From Lama guanicoe (Eukaryota), in contig MU054264.1 in NCBI GenBank assembly GCA_013239625.1, positions 1-57,796 of the forward strand: 57,796 nucleotides of DNA, given 5' to 3'. This document shows, piece after piece, positions 22,301 through 34,900 of this stretch. A program made the translations under genes and the position numbers. A model generated the notes under the pieces. The model saw nothing but the letters and a program-made list of their open reading frames with translations, had not been told where the DNA came from and ran no database searches. The first letter of the stretch is position 1; every line of letters starts with the position of its first letter.

Positions 22301-25300
22301 GGGGGCTGCCCCATGAAAGCCCCTGTATTTGTTCCCTATTCCCCCGCGTCCTGGGGCGGCCTCTGCTTCCCCATGTTTGCGGGGTGCATCGCTCGTGGTC
22401 ATCCTGCTCCTGGGAGGCGACTTGCTGCTGTTAGGGTGCGGGGCGGTGGCATCTGCGGCAGCGGCAGGGAAGGAGGTCTGCCCTTTGTATCTTGATTTGT
22501 TCCCATCTTCCCCGTGTTCTGTCCTGGGGGCGGTCTCTGCTGCCGTATAGGTTTGCGGGAGCCAGGTTACAGGTCAGTGTGCTCCTGAGAGGCGGGCGCG
22601 GGTGCGGTCGTGTGCAATCGGGGCGGCAGCAACAGAGGGAAATGGGACCAAATCCCCGCGCTCCCTTGTGCGGGTGCAGGCTGGCCTGGGGCAGCAGAGG
22701 CCGCCCCATGGCCCTGCCGCTGGGGAGATGGGGGCAGATCAATCCCCTCTCCATGGGCAGCTCCCCTCTCGCGCCGCTGCCCCAGGTGCGCAGGACACTT
22801 GTTTCCAGGTCAGCGGGCTGCCGGGAAGCTGGGGCGGAGCGGTTAGAGGGCGGCGGCTCGGAGGGGTGGTGTCCTCCCCCAGCAGGTGACTTGTTCCCGT
22901 CTTTCCTGAGGGTGGCCTCTAGGACCACAGGTTCACAGAACACATGTCTTAATGGCAGCCTTGTCCTGGGAGGAGGGCCCAGTGCAGTTGGAGCAGCGTC
23001 AGTGCTGGACAAGGACTTTCCGAGGACCCGGCTCTAGCCCAGGATAACTAACTCTCCTTTTATTTGCTTCCTCAGTTGGTGGCTGTAGCAGCTTTTCCAT
23101 TATAGGTTTTTTTCAGATACTGAACGTAGGTTTCTGTGCTATACAGAAGAAACATTTTTAAATCAATTTTTATATATAGTGGCTAACATTTGTTAATCTC
23201 AAACTCCCAAATTTATCCCTCCCTGCCCCCTTTTCCTGGTAACCATAAGATTGTTTACTAAGTCTGCAAGTCTGTTTCTGTTTTGTAGATGAGTTCATAG
23301 TCTTTTATTTTTTTTTAGATTGCACATGAGTGATGTATTTTTCTTCCTCTTTCTGGTTCACTTCACTTAGAATGATGATCTCTAGGTCCATTCATGTTGC
23401 AAATGACATTATTTTATCCTTTTTTATGGCATAGTAGTATTCCACTGTATAAATATACCACAACTTTTTTATCTAGTCATCTGTTCCTTCATTTAGGTTG
23501 CTGGCATGTGTTGGCTATTGTACATAGTGGTGCTATGAATACTGGGATGCAGGTTTTTTTTTCACATTGGAGTTCCCTCTAGATTTATACCCAGAAGTGG
23601 GATTGTTGGATCATAGGTTACGTATTTTAAGTTTTTTGAGGAATTTCCATAACGGTTGTACCAAACTACATTGCCACCAGCAGTGTAAGAGTGTTCCCTT
23701 TTCTCTACACCATCTCCAGCATTTATCTTCATGAACTTTTGAGTGTTGGCCATTCTGACTGGTGTGAGCTGATACCTCATTGTAGTTTTGACTTGCATTT
23801 CTCTGATAATTAGTGATACCGAACATTTTTTATGTACCTGTAGGCCATTTGTAGTCTTCATTGGAGAAATGCTTGTTTAGATCTGCCCATTTTTGGATTG
23901 GATTGGTGGTTTTTTGTTATTAAGTTTTATGAGCTGTTTATGTATCCTGGAAATTAAGCCTTTGTCAGCTGAATTATTTACAGATTTTTTCTCCCATTCT
24001 GTAGGTTGTCATTTTTGTTTTGCTTATGGTTTCCTTTGCTGTGCAAAAGCTTGTAAGTTCACTTAGGCCTCTTTTGTTTATTTTTGCTTTTATTTCTGTT
24101 GCTTGGGTGGATTGCCCTAGGAGAACGTTGCTGAGATGTATGTCAGGTAATGTTTTGCTTATGTTTTCTTCTAAGGTTTATGGTGTGTTGTCTACATGTT
24201 TAAGTCTTAGACATTTTGAATTTATTTTTGTAGATAGTGTGAAGGAATATTCTAATTTCATCGATTTACGTGCAGCTGTCCAGTTTTCCCTACACCATTT
24301 ACTGAAGAGAGTGTCTTTAGTCCATTGTATGTTCTTGCCTCCTTTGTCAAAGATTAATTGACCAGAAGTTTGTGGGTTCACTTGTGGGCTCTCTATTCTG
24401 TTCCATTGAACCATAGGTCTGTTTCTGTATCAATACCATGCTGTTTTGACTGCAGCTCTGTTGTATTGTCTGCAGTCTGGGAGGGTTATTCCTCCAGCTT
24501 CATTCTTTTCCTTCTGTAATGCTTTGTTAATTCTGGGTCTTTTGTGATTCCAAATTTTAGGATAATTTGTTGTAATTCTGTGAAAAATGTCCTGGGTAAG
24601 TTGATGGGGAATCACATTAAATCTGTAGATTGGTTTGGGCAGTGTGGCCATTTGAACAATATTAATTGTTCCAATGCAAGAACATGGGATATCTTTCCAT
24701 TTCTTTAAGTCCTCTTTAATTTCCTTACTGTTTTGTAGGTCTCCGCATGTCTTTCACTTCCTTGGTGAGATTTATTCCTAAGTATTTTATGTTTTTGGAT
24801 GCAGTTTTAAAAGGGATTATTCCTTTCATGTAAAGAAATGCCACTCATTTGTATATGTTGATCTTGGATCCTGCTACCTTGCTGAATTCTTTCCTTGGTG
24901 CTTACAGTTTTTCTGCGGAGCCTGTAGGGTTTTCTGTGTATAGTACCATGTCGTCTGCATATGACAGTTTTACCTCTTTTCTTCCAACTTGGATCCCTTT
25001 TGTTTCTTCTTGTTGTTTAATTGCTATACTAGGACTTCTGATACTGTACTGAATAGAGCTGGTGAGAGTGGGCATCCTTGTCTTGTTCGAGATTTGAGCA
25101 GAAAGGCTTTCAGCTTTTCACTGTCAAGTATTATGCTGGCTGTAGGTTTGCTATTGATTTTACTATGTTGAAATAATGTACCCTCTGTACCCACTTTGGT
25201 AAGACCATGGGCTCAGTGTAGTCAGGGGGCTGGAAGGATGGTAGCAGCAGTGGCGGCAGGAGGGGGGCTGCCCTTTCGAATCAGTCATTTGCTCCCATCT

Positions 25301-25750
25301 CCCCTGTGGCCTGGCCTAGGGGTGGCCTCTGCTGCCCCAGGTTCACTGTAGGCAGGTCCCCAGGTCAGCAAGCTCCCAGGAGGCGGGCGTGGTGCAGTCA
25401 GGGAGCAGGGGGCAGCGGGGGGAGGGTGTCTGCCTTCGAGGAGCTGGCCTCTTTGCTCTAGTCTGCCTTGTGGCCTGGCTTGTGGGTGGCCTCTGCTGCC
25501 TCAGGTCGTGGGACACACATGTTCCTGTCTGCCTGCTCCTGTGAGGTGGGCAGGGTGCAGTGGAGGCGGGGGTTGGGGGCTACCTGACCGCTGCCAGCTG
25601 ACCACATCTCACCAGCCTCCGGTAAGCAAATCAGAAAATGTGTGTCCTGCCCCTGGGGGCAGCAAAGGCTGCCTGCAAGCCAGGTGTGGGGGAGACAGGA
25701 GCCTGGGGCAAATCCACCAGCTCCCTAGGGCAGCCCGCCTCCCCCTGCCA
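22300..25750 (+). repeat. GC-rich repeat array, module copy B (22300-23035 and 25206-25750), interrupted by an L1
   Basis: Same unit as 1-830, with an inverted unit near 22680-22745. 25545-25750 aligns to 795-1000. Confidence 0.75.
23090..25205 (-). mobile_element. 5'-truncated, comparatively young L1 (ORF2 C-terminus plus 3'UTR)
   Basis: Minus-strand ORFs QWNRIESP...QLIFDKGGKNIQW, SLIIREMQVKTTMRYQLTPVRMA and LPKPIYRFNVIP. Absent from copy A. Confidence 0.92.
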
Positions 25751-27445
25751 TTAGCTCTATTTTCTTGCTTGATTTAAATATCTTATCAATCTAGTATACG
25801 TGTAATGATACAATATTTCATTACATTTTAAATTTACGTATCCTTAATTACTGATGAGATTGGTAGCCTGGTTATATTTGTTGGCCGTTTAAATTTCCTT
25901 TCTGTGATGTGCTTGTTTAAGTCTTCTGCCCATTTTTCTGGTGGAATGTCTCTTGTCCTCATTAATCTGTAGGAGGTCTTTATGTACCTGGATGTGAAGT
26001 CTTTTTGTGACTGATGCTTGTTGCAAATATCTTCTCTGTGGCTTTTTTCTGTGGTTCTTTTTAATAAAAGCTTTTTTCTTTTTCTGAAGTAGTCAGAATA
26101 ATTTTTTGTTTCCATATCAAAGGAGAGAACTTCTCCTTCATTATGTAGAAGTTTTCTTTTTTTTTTTAACTTTTCATCTTTAAATCTTAGATCCATCTGA
26201 AAGCAGTTTTTGTATATAGTGTGAAGTAGAGGTCCATCTAATTTTTAAAAATGTGGATGCCCAGTTCTCCCAGCAGCAGTTGTGATGAAAGGTTGCCTTT
26301 CCCCATGCCCAGCATTGCGGCCTTACCATGAGTGTATCAAGGGTCTACATGCTTGGTCTCTTTACGGGCGCTCTTCTGTTTGATTGAGCTTTGTCTCTAC
26401 ATTAGTTCCACACTGTCCTAAATATTGTTGCTTTATTAGAAGTCTTGATAGCTTCAGGAGAGTATTGGCTATTCTTGACCTTTGATACTTCGAAACACAT
26501 TTTGGAATCAACTTGTCAAGTCCCCCCCAGAAACTTTTTTAACCTTACAGTTCTGATAGGGATTGCATTGAATCTGTCATTCAATTTCAATTTCAACTGA
26601 CATCTTTACATTGTGAGTCTTCTATTTAATGACCACTTGGCATAACCCTTTATTCAGTTATCGTTCTATAAAGTTTTATAATTTTCTCTGTAGAGATTTT
26701 CACCTCTAGATGGTTAGATTTACTGTCACAACTTTACATTTTTTAGCACAATAGTGGTATTGTTAATATTTAAAATATTTTTATTTCTGACATGTGCAGT
26801 ATTTACAATTTTTTTATGGAAATCTTCTATTTTTTGTATGCTAACAGTTTTCCTCAAGAGTAAATTTTATTACATTTGCTCCCTTATTATATTTTCATTG
26901 TAAATTTTATGGATATTAAACCAGCCTTGAACTCTATGGATAACTGTAACTTGATCCTAATGTAGTATCTTTTTTATACATTTTGGATTTTGTTTTTATT
27001 TAGGATGTTTGTATCAGTGTTCACGATTAAGATTGATCTGTAATTTTCCTTTTCTTATCTTCTGTTGGATTTAGTATCAAAATTTTGTTAGCCTTATACA
27101 ATGAGCTGAAGAAGTTTCTTCTTTTCAATTTTTTACAAGAGATTTAATGCTGGAAATACTCCTTCCTTACATGATTGCGAGGACTTAACAGTGAAGCTGT
27201 TTGGGCCTAGAGTGTTCGATGTGGGTAGATTTTTGACTATTCAGTTTCTTTAGTGGTTAAAAATCAATGCAGGTTTTCCATGTCTTACATCAGTTTAGTA
27301 ATTTATATTTTTCTAGGAATTTACCCATTTTGTTTAAATTTTCAAGTTCTCAACACAAGTTTATTCATAATAGTTTCTTTTCAATGTCTGAAGATCAATA
27401 GTAACATTTCTTTTTCATTTGTGATACTACCTTCTCTGTTTTGAG
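25750..27445 (-). mobile_element. Old L1 (L1M-type) fragment; first 700 bp paralogous to 1000-1654
   Basis: Antisense L1 motifs (gatagggattgcattgaatctgt, agtgaagctgtttgggcctagag). Confidence 0.65.
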
Positions 27446-28234
27446 GTGATTGCGTAAAAGTGGTGTAAACTACACTTATTTCTGTCAGCTAATTCTTATC
27501 TACAAAGTTACTATTTTTATCATAAGTTTTGCAGCCACAATATCTTGTATTTTTATTTGACAATATAACATGTTGCTCTGTAGACAATCTTTGCATGTTA
27601 GCAATAGAATATGCAATTGTGAAAAGGTGGAATAGGGTCATAGAAACCAAGTATGAAGAGAGTTTGGAGAAGAAAAGGAGAGCCAGTGGTATCTAGGGAA
27701 GTTCAAGGGGAGGGCAGATTGAAAGTCTTCAATTTGACAGAAATAGGCCTTACGTAGAATGGTCAACCTTAAGTTAGTTTCTTAAGACACTTCTGATTTC
27801 AAAGTCCACCAGGCATCAGAAGTAAAATTTCAGAATTGTTAGTCAGAGAAATCACAACTATATTCTTTTTTTCATGTCTTTGAAGTTACTACTTTAATAT
27901 CAAGGGTGAAATTCCCTGAGGGGAATTTGGGGAGTTTTTTTTTTCCTTTTCATCCTGTAGATATCATCGCTGAAATCCTGAATGTTTAGTGCTTTGATTT
28001 TCTAAGAATTCTGAATTATGTTTTATATCAAAATCTGATTTTTTGAATGGTACTTTAAAATTTTTCTTATTTGCAATATGCTTTTCATTAGAATTGAGGC
28101 CCTGTATTGAGGTCTCCTGAAAGGCAGTGTAGAAGCTCATGAAAATTTTGGAGTAGGTGCTCATGCTGCACATCTGTGGAAATTGTATTTAAATTTAGCA
28201 TTAAAGATCATTTTACCTTTGTCTTTCATTCCAG

Positions 28235-28324
28235 GAACTTGTGTCCCTGAAGCCTGGTAAAGCTGCAGTGCTGGTTGCCACTCACTTTTCTGAACAGATT
28301 GAAACAGTCATTAAAAAATTTCAG
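28235..28324 (+). pseudogene. VPS8: VPS8 exon (ELVSLKPGKAAVLVATHFSEQIETVIKKFQ)
   Basis: ttccag|90 bp|gtaaat; matches human VPS8 ELVSLKPCKAAELVATHFSGHIETVIKKLQ. Confidence 0.9.
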
Positions 28325-28451
28325 GTAAATTTTACAGAATATATTGGGAAAGAACATCTAGTGGGAAGACAGTTATTGAACCTGCACTGAAGAACTTTTG
28401 ATTGTGATAATTTCTTCAGTTGATAGTTCCTTTTAGTAGCAGTTTCTACAC

Positions 28452-28478
28452 GTGTATGTGTGTGTGTGTGTGTGTGTA
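28452..28478 (+). repeat. (TG)n microsatellite
   Basis: gtgtatgtgtgtgtgtgtgtgtgtgta. Confidence 0.9.
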
Positions 28479-29089
28479 TTTGGGAGCAGTTGTGACTCTG
28501 AGTCTGGACATGAGGGTGCTCGTCTTTGTGCATAAGAGAAATTTTTGGAGCTGGAACCTGCACTCACCCTAGACACCGTCACCACAGAGCCCCAATACCT
28601 TCTGCTGTAGTAGCTGCAATGGTATTCTCTTTGGGTTTCATGTTATTTGTTGAGACTTCCGTCATCCTCAGAAAGGGTTAATGATGACTACAATTTTTCT
28701 TGGCAACCCTTCCCTAGAATACAGCTGTATTAATGTTGAGTAGTGAGAGGCCCAGGTGGAAGCCCTGTGTCACGGAGCTCGCATTCCCCTCATCATCACC
28801 ACGGGAGGGCTGTGCTTGCTACCTACCATTGTGGCCACGAGTGACAGAGATAGGAAACAGGACAGTGACAGGGACACGTAGCACAACCCAGGGTCCCCGC
28901 GTGGCAATAATAGTAGTAGGAGACACGTACACGGGATGGAAACCACAGCGTGAATGGGAGGCAGCTGGCATAAGAGAGAGAGGTACGGAGCTCATTCATT
29001 CACACACTTCATTTCGCATGACTGTGGCCCCCCATATACCACAGTGTGTTAGGCTCTAGGGGGCACAGATAAGTGCACGATGTTTTCTT

Positions 29090-29600
29090 TTAGTTTTTCA
29101 TATAGAGCAGAGAAGCACTTGTATAGGCATAGTAGAGTGTTAAAAGCTCTACACCAGACATACGGAAAAAAGTGTTTCAGGAACAAGAGGAGAGAGGGAT
29201 AGAGTGTGTGAGAGAGTCAGACAGGAGTTCCCAGGTACACGTGGACTGGGCTTAAATGATTGGTGTCAGTTTTCTAGGCAGAGAATTGGGAAGGGGTTCT
29301 AGATGAAGGGTCCTGGGTGTGCAGACACTTAAAGGCACAAAGCAACACACATTGAGAGGATGATGTGGGGACGATAGTAGAAGATTAAGTTATAAATAGT
29401 GTGTCGGGGGGAGGAGTCAGAAGTATAGAGACTGGAAAATAGGTTTTGGGGCTTACATTGAACAATTTAATATGTAAAGCTAAGAAATAATATACTGAAG
29501 CTTCTGTGTACTGGAGAATGACTAAAGTTTTTTAGGCAAGGAAACTACACCATTAGATTCCTTTTATAGAAAATTAACCTTGTAGTGTGAATACGACTTA
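29090..29600. mobile_element. Degenerate L2-like relic
   Basis: Purine-rich motifs ggggttctagatgaaggg...gtgcagacact and aagttttttaggcaagg. Confidence 0.4.
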
Positions 29601-29805
29601 GAGGTGCCACCACTGAATATTGTTACTGAAGATTGTTTTTCCATGTAAAGTGAGAAAGAATGTGATTTAGAAGGTCTCTGATGTAATTTGCACTTTCACC
29701 TGGCCAAAAAGTGGTCTTGGTTTTAAGGTAACATACTTCTTATCTGTAGCCTTAATTATAGATGTGATTACGTTATGCTGCTCTCTCGCCTTTTTTTGTT
29801 TTCAG

Positions 29806-29953
29806 AGAAGATCTCCATGTAAATGAAGAATTGCTGCAAATGTCTCACTGTGTCACAGAGCTGTTCACTGAGCTGTTGTGTCTGTTCAGCCCCAACCGGG
29901 TTATAGAGGTGCTGCCAGGCCTGGAGTGCTGCCGCCTAGAAGAAAGCATTCCG
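29806..29953 (+). pseudogene. VPS8: VPS8 exon (EDLHVNEELLQMSHCVTELFTELLCLFSPNRVIEVLPGLECCRLEESIP)
   Basis: ttcag|148 bp|gtaag; matches human EGIHVNQELLQISPCITEQFIELLCQFNPTQVIETLQVLECYRLEETIQ. Confidence 0.9.
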
Positions 29954-31165
29954 GTAAGACCAATGGTGTAGAGGAGGCAAGAGTCCACTTTCCTTAATCA
30001 TTCACCATTGTATAAATGAGCAAAGGGAGACTCATATATTAAATCACCTGTCTGCGTCCATACCTGGTAAGTGCACCAGCACCTGAGATTAAAGCCAACA
30101 GTCTGACCCCGTGGTGCATGGTCTCCATTGCTGTGATAAAGTAGTTCTCCATTTGTTCCAGTAAAATCAGGAATGGCACATGTCCATCATTGTTATTAAT
30201 CAAGGTTCACAGACATTCTAGTCAACGTGATAAATGTAGAAAAAAGAATACCATAAAAATGCTAAAAGGAGAAAACAAACTCTTACTTGCAGGCACTGAT
30301 GTTAGATGGTCCTGCTGTGCTGGGACTCACAGGCTGAATGGCCGCTCAGGAGCCTTAGCACAGGCGTTGCCTGGATCCTCTTTCCTCCTTTTCTTCTGTT
30401 TCCAAATGAAAATGAATGTGTGTGCAAATGAATGTGGGACGGGTCGAAGGAAGAGAAGCTTCCTGGCAGGAGCTCAGGTGGGAGGCTCAAGGGGGCACCT
30501 GAGCGGCCATGTGACAGGCAGCAGAGTGGGTGGGGACAGCGAGGAGGCAATTGGATGTCAAAGTGATAGCGAGAGACCGAGGTCCGACCGCACCCTCATC
30601 CCCCATAGAACCAGTCACTCCTGCTGTGAGGAGGTAGAGATGAGAGGGTTCCCTGCACCCACATGGGCTTAGGTTGAGAGGGTGGGGCTGCAGGGAGGGT
30701 GGGGGGTGGCTGGAATGACCTTTCTCCTCTGCTCCCCTCTCCTGCATCCCCTCTGGCTGGATTTGCAGATCCTTCCCTGACAGACGGGGTTGGGGAGGGG
30801 TGAGGTCAGAGAGGCCCAGAGTGGGGATGATCTCTATGGCCACCATGGGGCTTGCAGGCAGGCCCAGAGCCCTGGGGGCCATGCCAGTCTGTCTGTCGAG
30901 CTGGGCACAACCGAGAACCCTGTGGCCTATGATCCTGGATGGGGCTGCCCACTGCTCCCATCGGGGAGAATGTGCCTGGACCCCTGGCTCCCTGCTCCCC
31001 TGGACACACTGACAGGTGGCAGACAGACAGGTACAGACAGCAGTTGCCTGAAAGAAAGATCGAGGCCTGTGTCAGGGCCCAAAGCCCGGGGTTGTCAACT
31101 GCCCCCAGCAGCCCGAATCCGAGACTCCCCACCACAGTCCCCTTTTCTGCTTCTTTCTCTTCCAG

Positions 31166-31956
31166 CCTCTGCTGGCAGCCCCAGGTCGGTGTCAGGGCCC
31201 TGGATGTTAGGAGATACTGCTCCCTCTTCAGTCTCCTGAGCCCTCTCTTTCTCCCTGCTTCCGCTCAGAGCCCCTGCGCCCTGGTCCCAGCCTGGCCCGA
31301 CCCCACTCACCTCTGGACTTTGGTATGTCAGGGCCTGGCCCGTGCCTGCCCGCCCAGCCTGTGAAACCCTGGCGGGCCCACAAGCTTGGATGATGGGCTA
31401 GGCATCTGCCCCGGGCTTCCTCTGGATCTTCCTTCTGCTACTGCTGCTGCGACTGCTGCCAGGGCACAAGGTGTGTGTGCTGCTGTGGCTGCTGCCAGGG
31501 CACGAGGTGTGTGTCACCGTGGAGGCAGATGTGGGGCCGAGCTGTGCACTGCACTGGTGCAGGGCAAGTTCTTGGGTTCTTGTTGGCGGTCGCTGAGTTC
31601 CCCGCCAAAGCTTCGTGCTGCTCCTGGACCCTACGCAACCCGGACACGTGCTGCTGCATGTTCTACACGATGGTGGCCAAGGCAGCCAAGCCCGCGTTCT
31701 CATCTGCCAGGTTGACTCCTTCCTGGATTCCACGCGCACCCACGTGGGCCTGGAGAGCTGTGACGAGGTGCTGAGGTTCTGTGACCCCTCGGGGCCCCTG
31801 GCCTTCCTGCAGGCCAGCAAGCACTTCCTTCCACTCCAGCGATTACTTCTCCATGGAACACCTGGTCACGGGCGGTCGTGACCCCAGTGACGTGGCTGGT
31901 GGCCCTAAGAACTGCCTCGGCAATGTGATCCAGGATGTGGCGGGGATGCGCTCCAG
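31166..31956 (+). pseudogene. ADGRB1: ADGRB1 (BAI1) first coding exon, copy 1, disabled
   Basis: ttccag|...|gtgagt. ATG ATG GGC TAG at 31390-31401. Homology spread over three frames ([59 protein letters not shown]). Confidence 0.93.
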
Positions 31957-34900
31957 GTGAGTGATAGCTGGGGAGAGATCCGGGGGGGGCAGCACCCTGG
32001 GCAGAGGGACTGGGGAGAAGGCCTCCACTGCAGGGCTGCCCTGACCACCCGTCCTTGAGGGCTCCGTCAGGGAAGCCAGTTGCACAGAGAAATGTTCATT
32101 GCAGGCTCACCGAGGGGATAAGGACATGGGGTGCTTGCTTCTGGCCCCCAGGGGCCTGGCGTGGTGCCGGCACACTGGGAGGTGCTTGCTGAGTGTTCAG
32201 GGAAGGGTGGGTCTGGTTTCTCCCAGGGTCAGGGAGTTTTTCGTTTCTGGCGGGGGGAAGTTCCCTCCTCTTTTGCAGGTAGGACGATTCTAATGGGTTA
32301 GCAGGCTGCTGTGGTCTGTGGCCAGGGTCTGCAAGGGGCCTCCTGGGAGGTGGGAGAAAAAATGAGCGTGGGCTGTCGGGAAATGTTGTCAGGAGATGCA
32401 GTTTGGTGGTTGCACTTGGTGTGGCTGCATAAATCCTTACCCAGTAGCTGGTTAGTTACTGATTTCCTGGGAGGTGTTCCGGTACCAGGGACGAGGAGTG
32501 GTGAGGAGAGGCACAAGGAAAGTTCTTTGTGTCCTGAGCTGCCTTTCGGGTCAGGGGAGGGAGGAGGCACTAACAGCCAAACATAAGATGCGGTGGGGGG
32601 AGGTGGGGCCCCTGGTGTTAGGGCTGTGTGTCACCCCTAGTTAGGGGCTCATTTGGTCAGGGGGCTGTGTTCAAGTTCCTGGGAGAGGTGCGGGCAAACC
32701 TTGTGGGCATCGGCGACAAAGACTTGGGTGCTTGTATGCTGGGTTGGAACCAGCAGGGAAGGGTTCAGGCACAGTTCATCTTAGTAGTTTGGTTTCCTTG
32801 GTGAGAGGGACAGCCGCACAGGAGGGCACGATCAGTGCGCTGAGACACTGGGCCGGGCTCCATGGCAGCAGGGAAGGTGGGGGGCCTTGCAGACCCTTGG
32901 AGGGGAGCTCTCCTTGCAGGAAGCCCAGGGAATCACGGGAGGCTGGGGCCGCAGCCAGGGCAGGGAGGGCGGCAGGGGCCAGGCTGGGCTTTCATGCCAG
33001 CAGGTCATCGCGGGGCCAGGTGATGAGGTCCAGGGCTCTTAGCCCCTCCTGAGCTAGTGGGGCTGATGGATTCCACTAAGTAGCATCTGCAGAGGCACTG
33101 AACAAGCTACATGGGGTTACAAAGGAAGCTGGTTATCCTGGACCTGATTTTGTTCATAGCCCCAAAGCTGAGGATCAGGAGAGGAGGAAAGAGGTGGCAG
33201 AGTCCTGGAAAGAGGGGGCAGGAGTGGTGTCCAGGAAACCAACAAAAAACCCCGCCATCTTTCAGGGCCTCCAGTGCTGGGGCGGGAGACCGGGAGGGCA
33301 GATCTTCGGGCTGGGCAAGGTGGAGGTCAGCTCCCCCCACCTCCCCGGGCAGCGTGCTGGTAGTACTGATCCTTGGCAGGTGGGGAGGAGGTGAATGGAG
33401 CAGAGTACGGAGGGCTCTTCTGAGGAGCAGAGATGCAGGGCACCGGCAGGTTTGGCAGGTGGGAGGGTGCAGGAGCTGTCCGTGCTGGCCGCCTTGGACC
33501 CTGCCTAGTTCTGTCCCAAGATCCAGCCAGAAGAGGCGGAGCGGGCCAGTTCCATGGTGCTCAGCCTCATAGTGGGACCGCTTTCTTGCAGAGCCTGCCC
33601 CAGTGCCCAGGGCGTGGAGTGGTTCAAGTTCTAGAGGACGGTCCCTGCTGTGGAGACCCACGGCTCCAAGGAACCTTGTTTTAGAACTTCACGGGTAGGC
33701 TCTTCTGGGCTGTTTTCTGGCCCCAAGAGCAGTTGAAATCTCTGTCCAGAGCCTCAGTCCTAGGGGCGTGGCTGCCTGACGGGGCTTTGCCCTGACCTAC
33801 ACCTGAACTCCCTCCGTACTGGTACCTCCCACCTCCTCAGGGTCCCGCCATGCACCATAGCCCAGCTGGGGCTAGAGGTTCTCTCTTCTGTGTCCTGAGC
33901 ATCCTCCCCCTGCTTCCTTCCTCCCGAAGGCCTGCTCCCCTGTGCAGCCAGGGCGGGCTTTCCAAGGGGCAGTTCTGATTCGGGTGCTGTCCTGCTTCTA
34001 ATGCTCACTGCCACCTCTTGTTCTCTGTCCAGGACGGGGTGGGCCTGGCTCCCCCGACATGGGCTGAAGGAGAGGAGTGAGCCTGTGCAGATGAGGCTGT
34101 TCCACAGGGATGTCAGGAGGGCCTCGAGTCGGTCCAGCTCCCATAGACCCTGGGACAGGGGCAGACTTCAAATCGGTTATGCCTGTCCTGGGGCAGTGCC
34201 AGGCCGTGCAGAGGGCAGGGACTTGTCCAACAGACCTGGGCTTGGATCCTGTCTCGGGCTCCCAGGATCTGGGAGTCCCCACAAGGGTGGCTTCTGTATG
34301 GCCCCCATGTACTCATCTGCAAAGTGGAGCCGTAGCAGGTGCCCCCAGGATTGCTGCTGTGGGGACCCAGCGCCTGGAACATGATGGAGCCCAGTGGTGG
34401 TCCCCTCCCTCCGTGAGCCTTGCTGTTCGCTCCAGGCCTGCGAGTGCACAGCTTGGTGGAGGCGGCCTTGCCCACACCTGCCTCCACCACCTTCTCACCC
34501 CCAGCACACAATCCGAGCGTCCACTCCAGGCTGTAGCTGCTTTCCAGACAGGAGGGCTGTGGGGTGGGCTGCCAGGGGCTGGGATGAGGAGGGAAGAGTG
34601 TGGGCCCACCCTGGGTCATCTGAGACTGTACAGGCCCCTCAGAGGGAAATGCTCAGTTTGAAATGGCCTTGACCCCTGCATAGTGAGGACAGGACAGAGT
34701 GAAGCGGCTGTCACTTAGAGTGGTGTTGGGGGAGGCACTGGACTGTGATGAAGCTTTCTGCTGGGGTTCTCCAGGACATCAGAGAGGGTCTGTTCCTGGG
34801 CTGGGGCCCTGGATTGGGGGCTGGCGGCTACATTAGGTCCCACATTGAGTGCAGGGGAGCGTGTGCTGCAGCTGGGGCTGAGGCTCAGGTGAGATTTCAG

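Noticed and set aside
21237..23037. Long ORFs (150-208 aa) on both strands
   Set aside because: These are Pro/Gly/Arg-rich by-products of CpG-island and repeat composition, with no recognisable domain.
33525..34530. Exon-like segments (cag|ccagaag...cacgg|gtaggc and tccag|gacggggtg...)
   Set aside because: No recognisable peptide was found. The LKER resemblance to a late ADGRB1 exon is too short. BLASTX would be needed.
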